From: Haliotis cracherodii | Taxonomy: Eukaryota | Assembly: GCF_022045235.1 (NCBI RefSeq) | Contig: NW_027266273.1 | Coordinates: forward strand, 9,489,701 to 9,550,000 | Direction of reading: 5' to 3' | DNA: 60,300 nucleotides | Shown: in pieces, positions 12,156-25,562 of the stretch | Numbering within the stretch: position 1 is the first letter of the stretch | How the letters are laid out: each line of letters begins with the position of its first letter | Position numbers and translations under genes: made by a program | Notes under the pieces: generated by a model | The model's database searches: none | Seen by the model: the letters and a program-made list of their open reading frames with translations, nothing else | What the model was told of the DNA's origin: nothing

Positions 12156-15100
12156 ATGTTTCCCACTCACACCACAGCCGGCATCTATCGGCTCCTTCCA
12201 CTGCCGACGCTTTTCAGATGTTCTGTTCTTTATCAACCGTGTTCGTATCTGAGGCGACATTGGAGTACATACAAGTCACCGGAACAGAGTGATCGTGTCA
12301 TTTCAGGACTTATGTCCAGGTTAGTTGTTCGTTCAGGAAAAGAGTACACGTTTCTTGGTTTGTTATTAACAGTGGTAAAACTGGAGTTTGTCGGTGCCCC
12401 TTTGTTTAGGTCAACTGGTTGCAAGCACTGGAGATTAGAGTTACCCCCCTTAGTTTCCGTATGTCCGTGAAGCTCCATTAAATGTTAATTCCTTCGGGTT
12501 TGGCAGAACGTTGGGGTTGAAAATTACTTCCCATTAAGAAAAGTACGGCTTTATACATGTTGTATGGAGAACTTGGAAGGGTACCTTTAATTAATTCTCT
12601 CAAATGTCGAATGGTATGTTTTTGGGCTAAGGTCTTATTTTTATCTGGCAATAATTTTTTAATTTGAAGTTTACACGATATACGGCTTTTCCATGGGACG
12701 AGAGGTCGGTCACATGATCGCGAAATTGCGTTTGGCGTAATGAGACCTAATCTGCCAAATTGCTGCAATACCGATTAATACAATCTTTGATGTTGTTTAC
12801 ATTGTTGTAAATACTTGACAAGATTATCCATTTATTTTCTACCTTACATATCCTATGTATATTTTCAGATTTTTAGAAATGAAATTTTATTATGTATTAT
12901 TGTATTGAATTTATGTCTCTAATATTATGCAACTCGAATCCCTAATAATTCCTGGTTATGATTCAAGATTTTGTAAGTATCATACCCAAGGTCCTTGGCC
13001 TCCACACTAAAAAACCCTGAAAAACTGTTGAAAGCGGCGTTAAACCAAAGACATTCTCTCAACATAACGGAAGTCAGCTATAGCCCTGAGTATAACCTGC
13101 ACCAAACCTTTAGAATTCAGGTAAACAAGATATCAATCATCCAGTGCTAATTAGAAAATTAATGATGATTTCAATGACCTGGCAGCCTGGATCATTCTTC
13201 ATGCGGGGCGGTGGGATAGCCTAGCGGTTAAAGCGGTCGCGCATCACGCCGAGTTCGATTCCCCATGTGGTTACAATGTGTAAAGCCCGTTTCCGACGTG
13301 ATGCTGTCGGAATATTGCTAAAAGCGGCGTAAGACCATACTCTTTCAATCTTCATGCTATCACCTACTTGTTGCAAGGCCCAGACTCGATTATGTACAGG
13401 TCATCATGATATAGTTGGTCCGACTGTGGCGTAAAACACAATTCACTCAATCATTACAGCCGCTTCTTGGCCAGCATGACGAATATGGGGTACAGTCAGA
13501 CAGTGGACAAGACGGAGACCCGGTCAGTCGTACACACTCCAGGCTTTTCACTTGAATCCATGGACAGAGATGGTAAATAAAGTGTTTGTGTCGCATGTAT
13601 TAGTATTTTTCTAGTATTAGATTAATGTTTGTGATTCAACAAAGTGAGTCCATAACCAACCTACATCCTCCCTCGTGCAGTGGATAGAGTGTCTGCCTGG
13701 AGAGCGGAGGTCGGTGGTTCGATCCCCGACCGCGTTATACCAAAATTCTTTGAAAGATGGTACTTGTTGTTACCCTGCCTGGCGCTCTCAAGGACCGGTC
13801 GGCTCGGAGTCAGTATGATGTGTGTGAGAGGTGTGCCTATGTTAAACTGCGACATTGTATCTCAGTGGACTAGCGCTATAAAACCAGCATTAGTCAGAAC
13901 TAGTAGAAACATGCACGTTACTGTATAAGTGAAATATTCTTGAACGCAAGGTTGAACTCCCTTTGACCTCACTTTAAGCAAAAGAGCTATTAGAGTTTGA
14001 GTGCGTGCGTGCGACAGGATTTACGAATCAGACATGATACAGCCTGATAATGATTCTCTGTTTGTCAGTGCTCTTGGATTTTACAAAGTTACAAAGAAAT
14101 GCCGCAATATAACCTAAATACTGTTCAAAGCTTTTAAGCGTCTTTAAAATTCCTTTCACCCATGGTGTATGGACGCCTAATTAGTTTTGTTTGTGGTCGT
14201 ATAAAGGTTTCTTATGTTCATTTCTTTTCATGACATCTTTCCGAGGAAAGAGCGTCCACTAATTATCAAAGTCTCGTTTCCACCCTAGCCACATCAAGCC
14301 CACTTTTCAGTTTTCAGTGCTAATTATGATTGGACCGAGCATATACCGATAGTCCAATCAGAGAACGTTTCAGAAAATCAACATCCTTTGTTTGTCTGTT
14401 CGTGGTGAAATCGCGAATGTTTTCGTTATCTGATCGAAAAGGTCGTCATCTATGGTTGTCGCCATGTTTGTGAAGCCATACGACCTGAGCACAGCGATAT
14501 GATGGGATATCGCGTTTACGTTTATTTACAAGAGCCAAAACAAGTGGGCTTGATATGCAAGGGTAGAAACTAGGCTTTGATATAGGCAAGTGGACACACT
14601 TGGCTCGACTAAAATGTATTAACAAGACTTCTCTTATGCAGGAAATCCCTCAATGCCGAGCCTGATGCGATTTGTCACCATAGCAAGAATATTTGCCTCT
14701 CATTGTCCCCTGGATGTGTCTGGAAGGACGGTATTCGACTACTCTGAACTCACCTCGGACAGACTGGGGTTTGCAGCATCATCCGAGTTCGTTACAGAAA
14801 GGGAGTTGTATGACATATCTGTACCCAAGAACCCCTTAGATGTTTTATATCAGCTCGGGTATGTTGGCAAGTCATCCTTCAGTTCAGTAGGTTCCATCAT
14901 TGTTCCATCAACCGGACAGACGATCTTCAGAAACATCAACCATCTTGTTGGCATGGATAAAACAAGAAGACGACCCAAACCACTTCCGGATTGGTGGCGG
15001 GAGAAACATGGCGGATCCGCCATTTTGAAACATCCACTGATAGTTCCAAAAATTGAACGGCCAGGTGGCGCTGTGCAGTACAATGTCAAGGTTGCTTGGA

Positions 15101-15384
15101 TGCACACTGATAATCACAATCATACCAACTACGCATACTATGCGTACTTCTGCATCAACGCTTTGCATTATGCTATAGAGAAAGGTTGTTTGGGAGCCCT
15201 GACCAAGGACGTTGTAAAGCGTGGTATCAAGTCCATGAGGAACACTTACATGGGAGAAAGTTTAGAGAACGATGAGCTTACTATTGGGGTGTGGGCGTCG
15301 GACCAGGATGACAGAACTGTACATTTCGATATTCAGAAATTGGGCCAGACTATATTCCAAAGCACGTTTGTTTATCACGATTGA
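12156..15384 (+). CDS. double hot-dog thioesterase-like protein, paralog B (3 coding exons)
   Basis: Exons 12156-12319 (MFPTHTTAG...ISGLMS, AG|GTTAGT), 13460-13572 (RFLASMTNMGY...ESMDRDG) and 14642-15384 (GNPSMPSL...QSTFVYHD*). Intron phases match paralog A and exon 1 aligns loosely with A exon 1. Confidence 0.85.
13665..13970 (+). mobile_element. tRNA-derived SINE, family 3
   Basis: B box GGTTCGATCCC and central block shared with 2682-3000; lies in intron 2 of gene B. Confidence 0.75.
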
Positions 15385-16830
15385 GGATTCTACATTCCGA
15401 TTTTAAATCTCGAAGTGTCAGCTGTCAATAGACTAGGTTTGATAAGGGTACAGTCTGATCCAGAAACGTTTCTAAATTTCAAAGCTGGGGTCAACAACGT
15501 TAAAGAGCATCAGATTAAGTATTGGTTACAAATATCATGATTGGCAGCTCCTTTAATCCAGATAGACCAAAGCTTCAACAAAGGTAACACTTTTTGGAAT
15601 CTCAGACAGTTTATTATAACATCAATACAGAAGTCTTTTTTTAGGTTGTTTGTTGTTTAACCTTACACTCGGCAATATTCCAGATATATGGTGATGGCCT
15701 GTAAATTGGAGCTTGGACCAGACAATCCAGTGATTGATATTTTGAGAAACGACACTCGCTGTCGGGGTTCGATGACACGCGATCAACCAAGTCATTGGTC
15801 CTGACCACCGACCTATACTAAACCAGAATGCCAACGAATATTTTGCTATGAAGTACAGTGGGAACTGTCAAACGAAGGGATATCAATAAAAACTACACGC
15901 AGAAGGGAAAAGCCAGAAAGCTGAACTAACCCTTCAATTAATCCCCCCCCCCCCCCCCCCCCCCCACTAGCCTGTTCCACCTTTAGCTGTACATCTATAC
16001 GACGGTGATGTGTAAGAATCAGCACATTTGACCGCCTCCGTGGTCAAACCAAAAGAGGTTACAAACTGGTACATGTTACCCTGCCTGGCATTAAGGAACC
16101 AACCATTGGATATTCTGGTGGGTCCTGGGATTTTATCGAAAAACATACATCGTCCCGAAAGTTTTTGAAAGAAATAATAATGCTTCAGGCTCATAGTTTT
16201 ACAGAAAATAATGTCTCATTTTGTAGCTGTCGCTGAAAAATATCTAATCTTGATAAAAAATACCCCTCACCCCCAACCCCGAGTATCGAATGGTCGGTTC
16301 CTCAGGGAATAAAACAAGGATTTCGGCTCGGAGTCAGTATATTGTGTATCTGTGGTGGTATCCGTAAACTGCGGCATGGTATCTCCGTGCTAGCACTATA
16401 AAACCGTCAAACTTCGGACTAGTACAAGCAGTCACACGCACACGTGCATGCACGCTGCTATATTACTGCAACAATTTTGAATGCGATTTAAAACCCAATT
16501 TCGCCTTGCCCTACAAGCACATTTACTTTAACCGAAACTATGACAAAGAATAATTGATATTGCATATATGTTTTATGCAGCATGTAATGATGTTTGCATA
16601 CATATTGTTGTCAGATAAGAGATCATGAATGAGGTGAGACACCCCCACATCCAAATATCCAATTAAATGACCGACGTCCATTTCGAGAAACCATTAGTGC
16701 AAAATTAATGATAACACATGTCAATAACGACACCACAATACCTGAACAAATATCCATTACCTGATATCAACCAACCAATATACCTTTTATTAAATATCAT
16801 GAACAGGTGCACGTTCTCATCTATCATATT

Positions 16831-16995
16831 AGGGCGGTGGGGTAGGCTAGCGGTTAAAGCGTTCGCTCGTCACGCCGAAGGTCCGGGTTCGATTTCCCAC
16901 ATGGATACAATGTGTGAAGCCACTTTCTGGTGTCCCCCGCCGTGATTTTGCTGGGATATTGCTAAAAGCGGCCAAAAAACCATACTCACTCTCTC
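16831..16995 (+). mobile_element. tRNA-derived SINE, family 1
   Basis: A and B boxes and ACTC tail. Further copies at about 11618-11772, 13205-13343, 24841-24996, 28757-28925, 36900-37000, 41545-41680, 42738-42893, 46621-46786 and 47835-47970. Confidence 0.85.
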
Positions 16996-17156
16996 ATTTA
17001 TTTTATAAACATTCATATGTTACACATATAAATCTTGTGACAAATTGCAGAACTAAAGTCCCATACATTTAGTTCTCCACATCCCATTCACATGTCTATG
17101 CACTTACAATGATTTCTCCCACTGGAGCTATGTCAATGTTTTTTCGGCAAACACTC

Positions 17157-18136
17157 CTACTGATGGTATGTTAATGTATTTTGAAAGACGGATACTCCAA
17201 ACTTTTCTATGTCAAAATATACAGTTCTAGGTTGGTCTTCCACCTCCCAGAAGTAAACTGTCAACTGGTCTCCTTCGACACATTCACCAAAGTAAGCCAT
17301 CCGCATCCTCTGTATTCCTTTCTTGACCACCTCCTTGTCCATGCCTTTCAACTTGCCCTCCTTTATCCCATGATGGAGGGCATCAATGGAGTACACCACA
17401 TAGGACGCCCAGTTGACGTGATTGTACATGTCCGTTTCGCTCCACGACACACGCAAGGTGTATGTGTGTGCGTTGTCAGGCTTGGAGAGCTTCTGTATAA
17501 TCAGTGGTTCCTTTCTGACCGCTTTCTCGCCATGTTTCTCCTTCCACCATGACGGGAATGGCGTCGGTTTGCGCGTTTCCTTGTCGATGGCAACCAACTG
17601 GTTGATGTTTCTCACCAATATCTCACCCGATGATGGTACAACTACATTACTGACGAAATTGGTAGAAGACTTCCCGATGTACCCGAGCTGTACATTGACC
17701 TTGAGCGGCCATTTTGACACATCGGGATCATACATGGATCTCGCAAAGTCAAAGGATGAGGAAGCCATAAACGTGTACAATCCATCGGTTAGTTTTCCGT
17801 AGTCCAAGAAGGAGCGCCCCCTTTCGTCAAGAGGACAATTGTGTGCAAAATGCATAGCTGCACCTACTACCTTTACAATACTCCACACATGGCAGTTTCC
17901 TGAAATGGAAAAAATAATATCATCAGATAAACCACATAAACTAGAACTCAATACTTTTGATACTGTAATCTGGTGTTTATGTTCCTCTTCCAGATTCAAG
18001 TAAGATAAAGCCAGTTGCACATGAACATAACACCACGTGCCACCATGTTTAGACCAATGTCAACTGTTCCTGCCTATCCCTTATAATTGTCCAGACAACC
18101 CTCAAATATGCGCATATATGGCCCTTCAGTAAATGT

Positions 18137-18183
<47 letters not shown>

Positions 18184-18936
18184 ACCAAGGCCAAACGCCA
18201 TTACTTCCACTACAGGCAGGACGGGTTGTATACTCCCCAGGGAGCTGAGAATGAAGACTGAGAGCACTGATCCATTGATTGGGGTAACAATGTTGCGGAT
18301 TAAATATGAGGATTTGATGCACAATATCATCATCATCATATTATTATTATTATTACTTAATCAATCGTATTACCGTCGACGTCAAAGGCGTCGTCAGATG
18401 GACCCGGAACGTCTACAACAGCAAGCGCCTCGTCCTCCCAAAGTCTTAACCTGTATCCCATTCTCTCTAGGTGACGGAATGGGGCAAACAGTCTGTATTT
18501 AAAAAAAAGAGTGTAGGCATATTAAATTACATGCAATGTGCACGTGGTAACCAACATCTTTTTATTTGAAATCAGGGGACATTAAATTGAGAGGTCATTT
18601 AATGCAAACTTTGACCGACCAATGCAATGACTGACACGAGTCAACGTTAGCCAATCAGAAGGCAGCGTTCTTGTGCTTTACGGCACTAGTTTCAAACTGT
18701 CGACTACACCTCGAAACACATTTCGCAAAATTCTCGACTCAAAACTGAAAACTGAACTAAAGGTGGATTGGCTAGTAGATGGTCCAGACTGTTTGGATTC
18801 AGTCGTAAAGCCCGTAACAGGCGTTCGGAATAGCCCGTGTTAAATCTTTCGAGGTTGAATGATGAGAAGTAAACGGTCAATTGTCTCATAGCCCTTCTTG
18901 CTCTTACCTGGCTTCCACGCTGTTCCTTCTTTCCAT
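17157..18936 (-). CDS. double hot-dog thioesterase-like protein, paralog C (3 coding exons)
   Basis: Exons 18936-18908 (MERRNSVEAR, caacATGG context, AG|GTAAGA), 18492-18374 (LFAPFRHLERMGY...DAFDVDG) and 17899-17157 (GNCHVW...QNTLTYHQ*). Phases are 2 and 1 as in A and B. Motif VSWSETDMYNHVNW. The choice of first exon is less certain than exons 2-3. Confidence 0.82.
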
Positions 18937-19232
18937 GTTGGTCGTCAGCTGATGACTTCCTCAGCTGCACTGTTCGTCTATAATGTTTAAAGGGGAACCG
19001 TGCTCGGGTAAATTGACAGTCGTACCTGAGTCAAGTCCACCACTGATGACAAACTCAATTATTATGAAGTAAATCATTCTAACATTAAGCATTACCAAAT
19101 ACACGGAGACAGTGTCACAACCTACAACGTCTCGCTATAAAAGGGACAACAGACCGTGGAGCCTACCTTTCCAACCTACAACTTTTCGTTTTTTAAGGTC
19201 CACCAACCCTTGTCTTCCAACAATGTCCTTAC

Positions 19233-19363
19233 CGTACGAATAAATCGGTTAAAGACACTAATATCCAACTGAAGGGTATGGGTAGTCCCGACATGATGTT
19301 ATATTGCCATAGAGAAAAATAACATACCGATTTCAGAATTATATTCCGAGGGAACCGCGGCAT
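19233..19363 (-). CDS. candidate alternative first coding exon of gene C (MPRFPRNIILK...LTDLFVR)
   Basis: Open frame ending TTC GTA CG|GTAAGG in phase 2, compatible with the exon at 18492. An internal ATG (MSGLPIPF) is also possible. Confidence 0.35.
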
Positions 19364-21701
19364 CGGCTGGTTTGTACAGATAGTAGATGAACGACAGGCA
19401 GGTAGAGAAAGGGAAACGCTAACGTTCTCAACAGATGTTACAAATATCATTGTTCGACAAACACGTTATTAATTAACATTTAGGATATAATTGTAATAGT
19501 CAATATGAAACGTTGTGGAACATATTGGGCGACGTTTTCATTTGATAAAATATGACATGAACACCACGTGAGTGTTTATTATGAATTAAGTATATCGCGT
19601 TATATTTGACGTCATTGGCTTGTTGTAGAGCTGACTATAGGGCGGTGTAGTGATTGTATACTCGACGTGAACACCCGACTGTAAGTAGATTTTGTACAAA
19701 TGCAAAACGCGAAACATTTACCTTCATATAAATTTACAATTTTTTTCCAATGTCCGCTTTCATCCTTTTAGGCCACAATGTTTAAACATCAATTCTAAAT
19801 TGCAAGGTCAATTTCTAATTCTTTGATTTTAAGTTCAACACGTCAAAGTCTCTACTGTCCTCTAATATAATGGAGGTTATAACGCTCGTGTGTTTTGGGG
19901 GAAAAATATGTGTATTAGGAATAAACATTGTATTTATAACATTCTTTATCATATAATAAGTAGGTTGCTCGGCAGGATAATGCCAACGGATAAGAACGGT
20001 AACCGTCGGGGTAACATGCGGATAAATATGCACGACGTAAACATCCAGCGTTATTGTTTGTTTGTTGTTTAATATTCCAGCTATATGACGGCGGTCTGTA
20101 AATATCAAATCTGGACCAGACAATCCAGTGATCGATATCATGAGCATCGATCCACGTAATTGGGTTACTATGACAAGCATCAACCAAGTCAGCGAGCCTG
20201 ACCACCCGATCCGGTTAGTCGCATCTTACAAGCATAGTCGCCTTTTACGGCTAGCATTGGTTACCGAAGACTCATTCTAACCCGGACCTTCACGGGGCTC
20301 AGATTCATTAAGATGCCTCGTACAACATGTACAAAACATGACAAAATGTACTTGTATAAGGGGACAAAATAAATACTTTTGTAGAGTACGATTTAAGTTA
20401 TGAAACATATTAAGGCATGTGACAGAGCTTGACCATCCGGTTTTATTTACTTATGCGAGGGATCTGTTCTACCCCTGGATTTTCACGAGTTTCGGCATTT
20501 GACCCCACACAATATAATATAATTAGAGCATATTTACGTTTTAAAACAAGGAAAAGTAATACTTTGTAGGGTAGTCTCTATGATATGGAGTCAGGTATTC
20601 GTTACAATCGTAAGTCTTAGATATTCAACCTCTGCTGCCACATTGCATTATAAGTATATGAAGCCTTTGTTTAGCGGTAGCCATCAGGTAGAATTTGTCG
20701 GCCAGTTTCAGAAAGGTGGTGTTCAAATTATTTTTTATTACTTTCAACACATTGGTCACCACAATCAGCATGTCCAGCTATCATTTGTGTTGTTGAACAA
20801 CTGAGACAAAAATATTGTTTTCATACACAAACCTAATTTTCACCCCAAGTGTCAAATGATGGGACGCACCCATTCCCCTGTACTATGGTATATCTTGTTG
20901 TTTGTAACAAGGACGCTGTGCATAGCGATACTAATGAGGCATATCACTATAAGCGACTCCTTTCCCAACAGAACATACCAAGTAAAACAGTAATTCCTTC
21001 AGTTGAATGCTTCTACATGGACAAAGTCAAAATGCATTATTACATAATTTTCACTTTATTGAATCAAAATAAATAGTTGGCAACATGAGTAAAAACATAT
21101 AATTTCAAATGGATAGTATGATTTCATATCTCGACTCTTTCATCAATAAATAATTAAATGGTATTTAAGAACCTCAGCCTTTCAAATATGGCTATTGTCC
21201 AGTCAAACATTAAATAAACGGCTCGTCGCCCTATATGGCTGAAATACTGACGATACAACGTTAGATTTGAACTCACTTAAAAAGACGGTCAGGTCATATG
21301 AACAGGGGCATTGAGAACAGAAAGGAAACTGCTTTAATTGAGGTTGAATAAATTAAGTTAATGTTCTTTTGAATATTAGTGAGGAAGTTTTATAACGCCG
21401 CTTGGAACAGTATTTCAGTTATACCAGGGCGTGTCAGCTAAATGAAGGTTGTGATGTTGCACAGACGTTTACAGCTTTGGTGATACCCACTTGCACTAGC
21501 ATAGTGCTGACAAACCTAGAAACATTAAGCAAATTTGGGTATAAAAGATTAAAATGCCTCTCTGGTTGAATAGGTTTTCATTCATCGGATGCAATCATTA
21601 TTTACTGCCGCCCATGGTATGCTGTGTACATTCTTTATAATGAAGTGTTGATCTTGACGAGTCTGCTTCTAAACAGGGTGATGGATTAACAAATACTTTT
21701 C

Positions 21702-24700
21702 CTACTGGTGGTAAGTTAATGTATTTTGATAGACGGAAACTCCATCCTTTAATATGTCAAAATATACAGTTCTAGGCTGGTCTTCAACCTCCCAGAAGTA
21801 AACCGTCAACTGGTCTCCTTCGACACATTCACCAAAGTAAGCCATCCGCATCCTCTGTATTCCTTTCTTGACCACCTCCTTGTCCATGCCTTTCAACTTG
21901 CCCTCCTTTATCCCGTGATGGAGGGCATCAATGGAGTACACCACATAGGACGCCCAGTTGACGTGATTGTACATGTCCGTTTCGCTCCACGACACACGCA
22001 AGGTGTAGGTGTGTGCGTTGTCAGGCTTGGATAGCTTCTGTATAATCAGTGGTTCCTTTCTGACCGCTTTCTCGCCATGTTTCTCCTTCCACCATGACGG
22101 GAATGGCGTCGGTTTGCGTGTTTCCTTGTCAATGGCAACGATCTGGTTGATATTTCTTACCAATATCTCACCCGAAGAAGGTACAACTAAACTGCTGACG
22201 GAGTTGGTGGAAGACTTCCCGATGTACCCGAGCTGTACGTTGACCTTGAGCGGCCATTTTGAAACTTGAGTATCATACATGGACTTTTCAACTTCAAACT
22301 CAGAGGACGCCATGAATGTGAACATGCCATCTGTCATTGAGCCATAGTCCATGAAAGAGTGTCCTGTCTTATCTAAGGGATAATGATAGGCAAAGTACCT
22401 GCAGGCGCCCATGAGTCTCATGATGCTCCAAATCTTACAGTTTCCTACAAAGACAAAACATCATAATCAAATATGTGTTAAATGTTTTCATTGTAATGGT
22501 TGGTTGGCTGGTTTGTTTGTTGTTGAATGCTTCACTCAGCAATATTCCAGCTATATGACGGCAGGTCTGTAAATAATTGAGTCTGAACCAGACAATCCAG
22601 TGATTAATATCATAAGCATCGATCCACGCAAATGGGATCGATGACATGCATCAACCAAGTCAGCGAACCTGACCACCCGATCCCGTTAGTCGCCTCTCAT
22701 GGCAAGCATAGTCGCCTTCACTGTGAAGAGATTTGTCTTACGAGCATCATTTAAGCAACATCACAGCGGCCTGTTGGTAATTACGTCAGGGAGTAAATAT
22801 GTAATTCGTAGGATGACACACAATAGAACACTTCTCATTCCGTTAGTAGCATTCGTGACCGAGACAAGCCGTATATTGACTCGTGTCCCTCTCTTGGCCA
22901 TTTTGGGACTGGGTTCTGTCTAAGCGCAAACGGGCATAGTTAAAAGAATTGTCAACTCAAAAGAATTGTTACGTAATGATTCACGTATATTTCCAGATGC
23001 TATTTAAAACACATCGGGACTTACGGTATCTATACAGTATGATTGAACACATTTACCTGAAACATGGGTATATGTTTAGATGCAAAACATGTATAAAATC
23101 AAAAATTATTCCTGAGGGATTCTTTGATCGAAGTGCTTGAAGATTGGTTTGTCTTATTTTCGCACATAACATTCATTGATAGGGGGGGATGAGTCTTCTT
23201 GCAGGTTACGGAAAGGAGATAGTTGTGACGAATGATACTGTAGCAATCCATGCTTCCGTTTGGTCGAGTCTTACGACAAGCATTGGTACTACATTCTATC
23301 CTGACATTGCCACAAGGGACATCATTTCAGCCCTCTCAGAATAGACGGTCTCCGTTGTCTACTCGAAAGATCGTCCGCCAAGAGAGTAGAAGGTCGATCC
23401 CCGTCTGCGTCATATTAAACAACGTTTGAAGATGGTACTTGTTACCCTGCCTTTCGCTCAGCATTACTGGTCGCCCGTTAGTCAGTATGCTGTATCTGAG
23501 TGGAGTATCACTGTTAAACTGCTGCATGATATCTCAGTGAGCTAGCACCATAAAACCTCGCGTGGGTATGGATTTACGCCGCCTTCAGCAATATTCTTGC
23601 AATATCAGCGGGACACCAGAAACGGGCCTCACAATATGTACCTATGTGGGGGATTGAAACGGGTTGAAACAGCAGCAAATGATGCCATTTGTATCTCGTC
23701 ACTTTGGGGACAAAATCCGAAGAACAAGTAATTTGTTATTTCGGGAATCTCTTGTTCCAAGAAGAGCTGGAAAAGATGATTTTGTCTCGGGATTAGGAAG
23801 ATGAATTTGTTTTCTCTGGACAAGCCGTAACAAAACCCAACAAATTCCAGCTTCTTTCAGTTACAAAAGGTGTCCTGAAGTGACAAATCTATATATCATA
23901 ATCTATTTATCAATGTATTGCTTTCATTTAATATATTTTTTACCATAGACGTCAAATGACTCATAAGAAGGTCCAGGGGCCTCCACCACTGCAAGAGATT
24001 CTTCCTGGTTTACTGTTAAACTATATCCCATGTCAACCAGATGCTGGTACTTGGCCCGGAAGGGTCTGGAAACACAGTGTAAATACAGGTTAGTAGATGT
24101 GAGTAAGGTGAGTGAATCAATGAGTTGTGTTTAATGCGCCTTTGACATTTTGTCATCAATATCAGTAACGAAAATCTCGACCCACCAGCTCTGGCCACGT
24201 GCTTTACAAACCAAGGATCAATTCAAGTTAGAATCTGGCAATCGAGCCCTGATATAGGGGTGAGTGAGTTGAGTTAAAATGTAACGTCGCATTGGCATTA
24301 TTTCAGGCATATAGCGACCATGATATAGGGTCCTGGCATCACAAAATTGTGTTTGTTGTTTAATGAAGCACTGGTGCTGACTGATAAACGATCGAAATAA
24401 AGGCTAATCTTGGATTCGAATTCGCCACCAGGAGATCCTTGTACAGGTAAGGGAGGCAACCCTCAGTCACAGGTGCCCTCTTAAAATGGGACAGGTTATA
24501 CGGGAGTCGGCTCCGGAATCGTAGCCATATGTTTATTCTCTGATTTTACTATCCGACAACTAGATCTACTGCAGAGCGTTACCGCCAGTTACGATTTTGC
24601 ATATATACCATATATGCAGGAGTTCGTGTTGTGTACAACATCTGCGGCTGAGGCCTTAGAGCTAAGCTGGCTTTTGAAATGCATAAATAAGAGAATTAAA

Positions 24701-25562
24701 GTAAATGTTGTTTCGTGTGTTAAATTTAGGGAAAAAAGACAACACTTATCGAGTAAGGACCGAATCTGTGCCAAATTTACAAAAAGCTCTTCATAATGCC
24801 ATATTGTATTTTCCTTCATGCAAACAGTCGTTATGCAACAGGGGCGGTGGGGTAGCCTGGTTAAGCGTTCGCTCGTCACGCAGAAGGCGCGGGTTTGATT
24901 CCCAACATTGGTACAATGTGTGAAGTGCATTTCTGGTGTCCCAGTCGTGAGATTGGTGGAATATTACTAAAAGCGGCCTAAAATTATACTCACTCATTCG
25001 TTAGTCAACATTTCATAAATAATTTTCAAAATTTCTCTTCTTGTTATTGAACACCTAGACTTCTACTTCAATTCGTTTAGAAATGATGCAAAGGTATACA
25101 CATTGTATTGTCGCATTCCTTACTCAATTACACGTTCTATTTAGCCATGTTTATCCTATATGTACCGTGTCCTTGTTTAGAGTACACGCATGCTCGACGA
25201 GAAGAAGAAATACAAGCGAATATTATAGAAATCAAATCTGCGATTCAGTTCGATGGCATTACGACAATAGAACTTCGAAGGCACTGCTCTGGGTGTCTCG
25301 GGGGGACACAAAACGGACAAGTGCAGCGATTAGTTTGATGAAATTTTGGCACAGATCCCTTTCCACATCAGTGCCGTAGCCAGGGGGTCAGGGGGGTCAG
25401 TCCCCCCTCCCGATGAAGAGTACTGAAATACGACATTCTACTCAATTGTGAGGTAGGACAGAACGTTAAACAGGTAAAACGGGTATCGTGTGTCCAGCCA
25501 TACCTGGGTTTGATGTCACTGTTCCTATCTGGCGCTTTGGACTCCGACCCCTGATCTGCCAT
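21702..25562 (-). CDS. double hot-dog thioesterase-like protein, paralog D (3 coding exons)
   Basis: Exons 25562-25504 (MADQGSESKAPDRNSDIKPR, AG|GTATGG), 24065-23944 (PFRAKYQHLVDMGY...ESFDVYG) and 22444-21702 (GNCKIWSIMRL...QNTLTYHQ*). Same intron phases; strongly similar to C. Confidence 0.85.
22850..23234. mobile_element. MITE-C copy (degenerate)
   Basis: Starts CATTCGTGACC, ends GTGACGAATG; body matches 52081-52478 and 28926-29350. Confidence 0.75.

Noticed and set aside
18049-18502. His/Thr- or Cys/Val-repeat proteins
   Set aside because: Translations of a (GT)n microsatellite in an intron; the same applies at 45513-45731.
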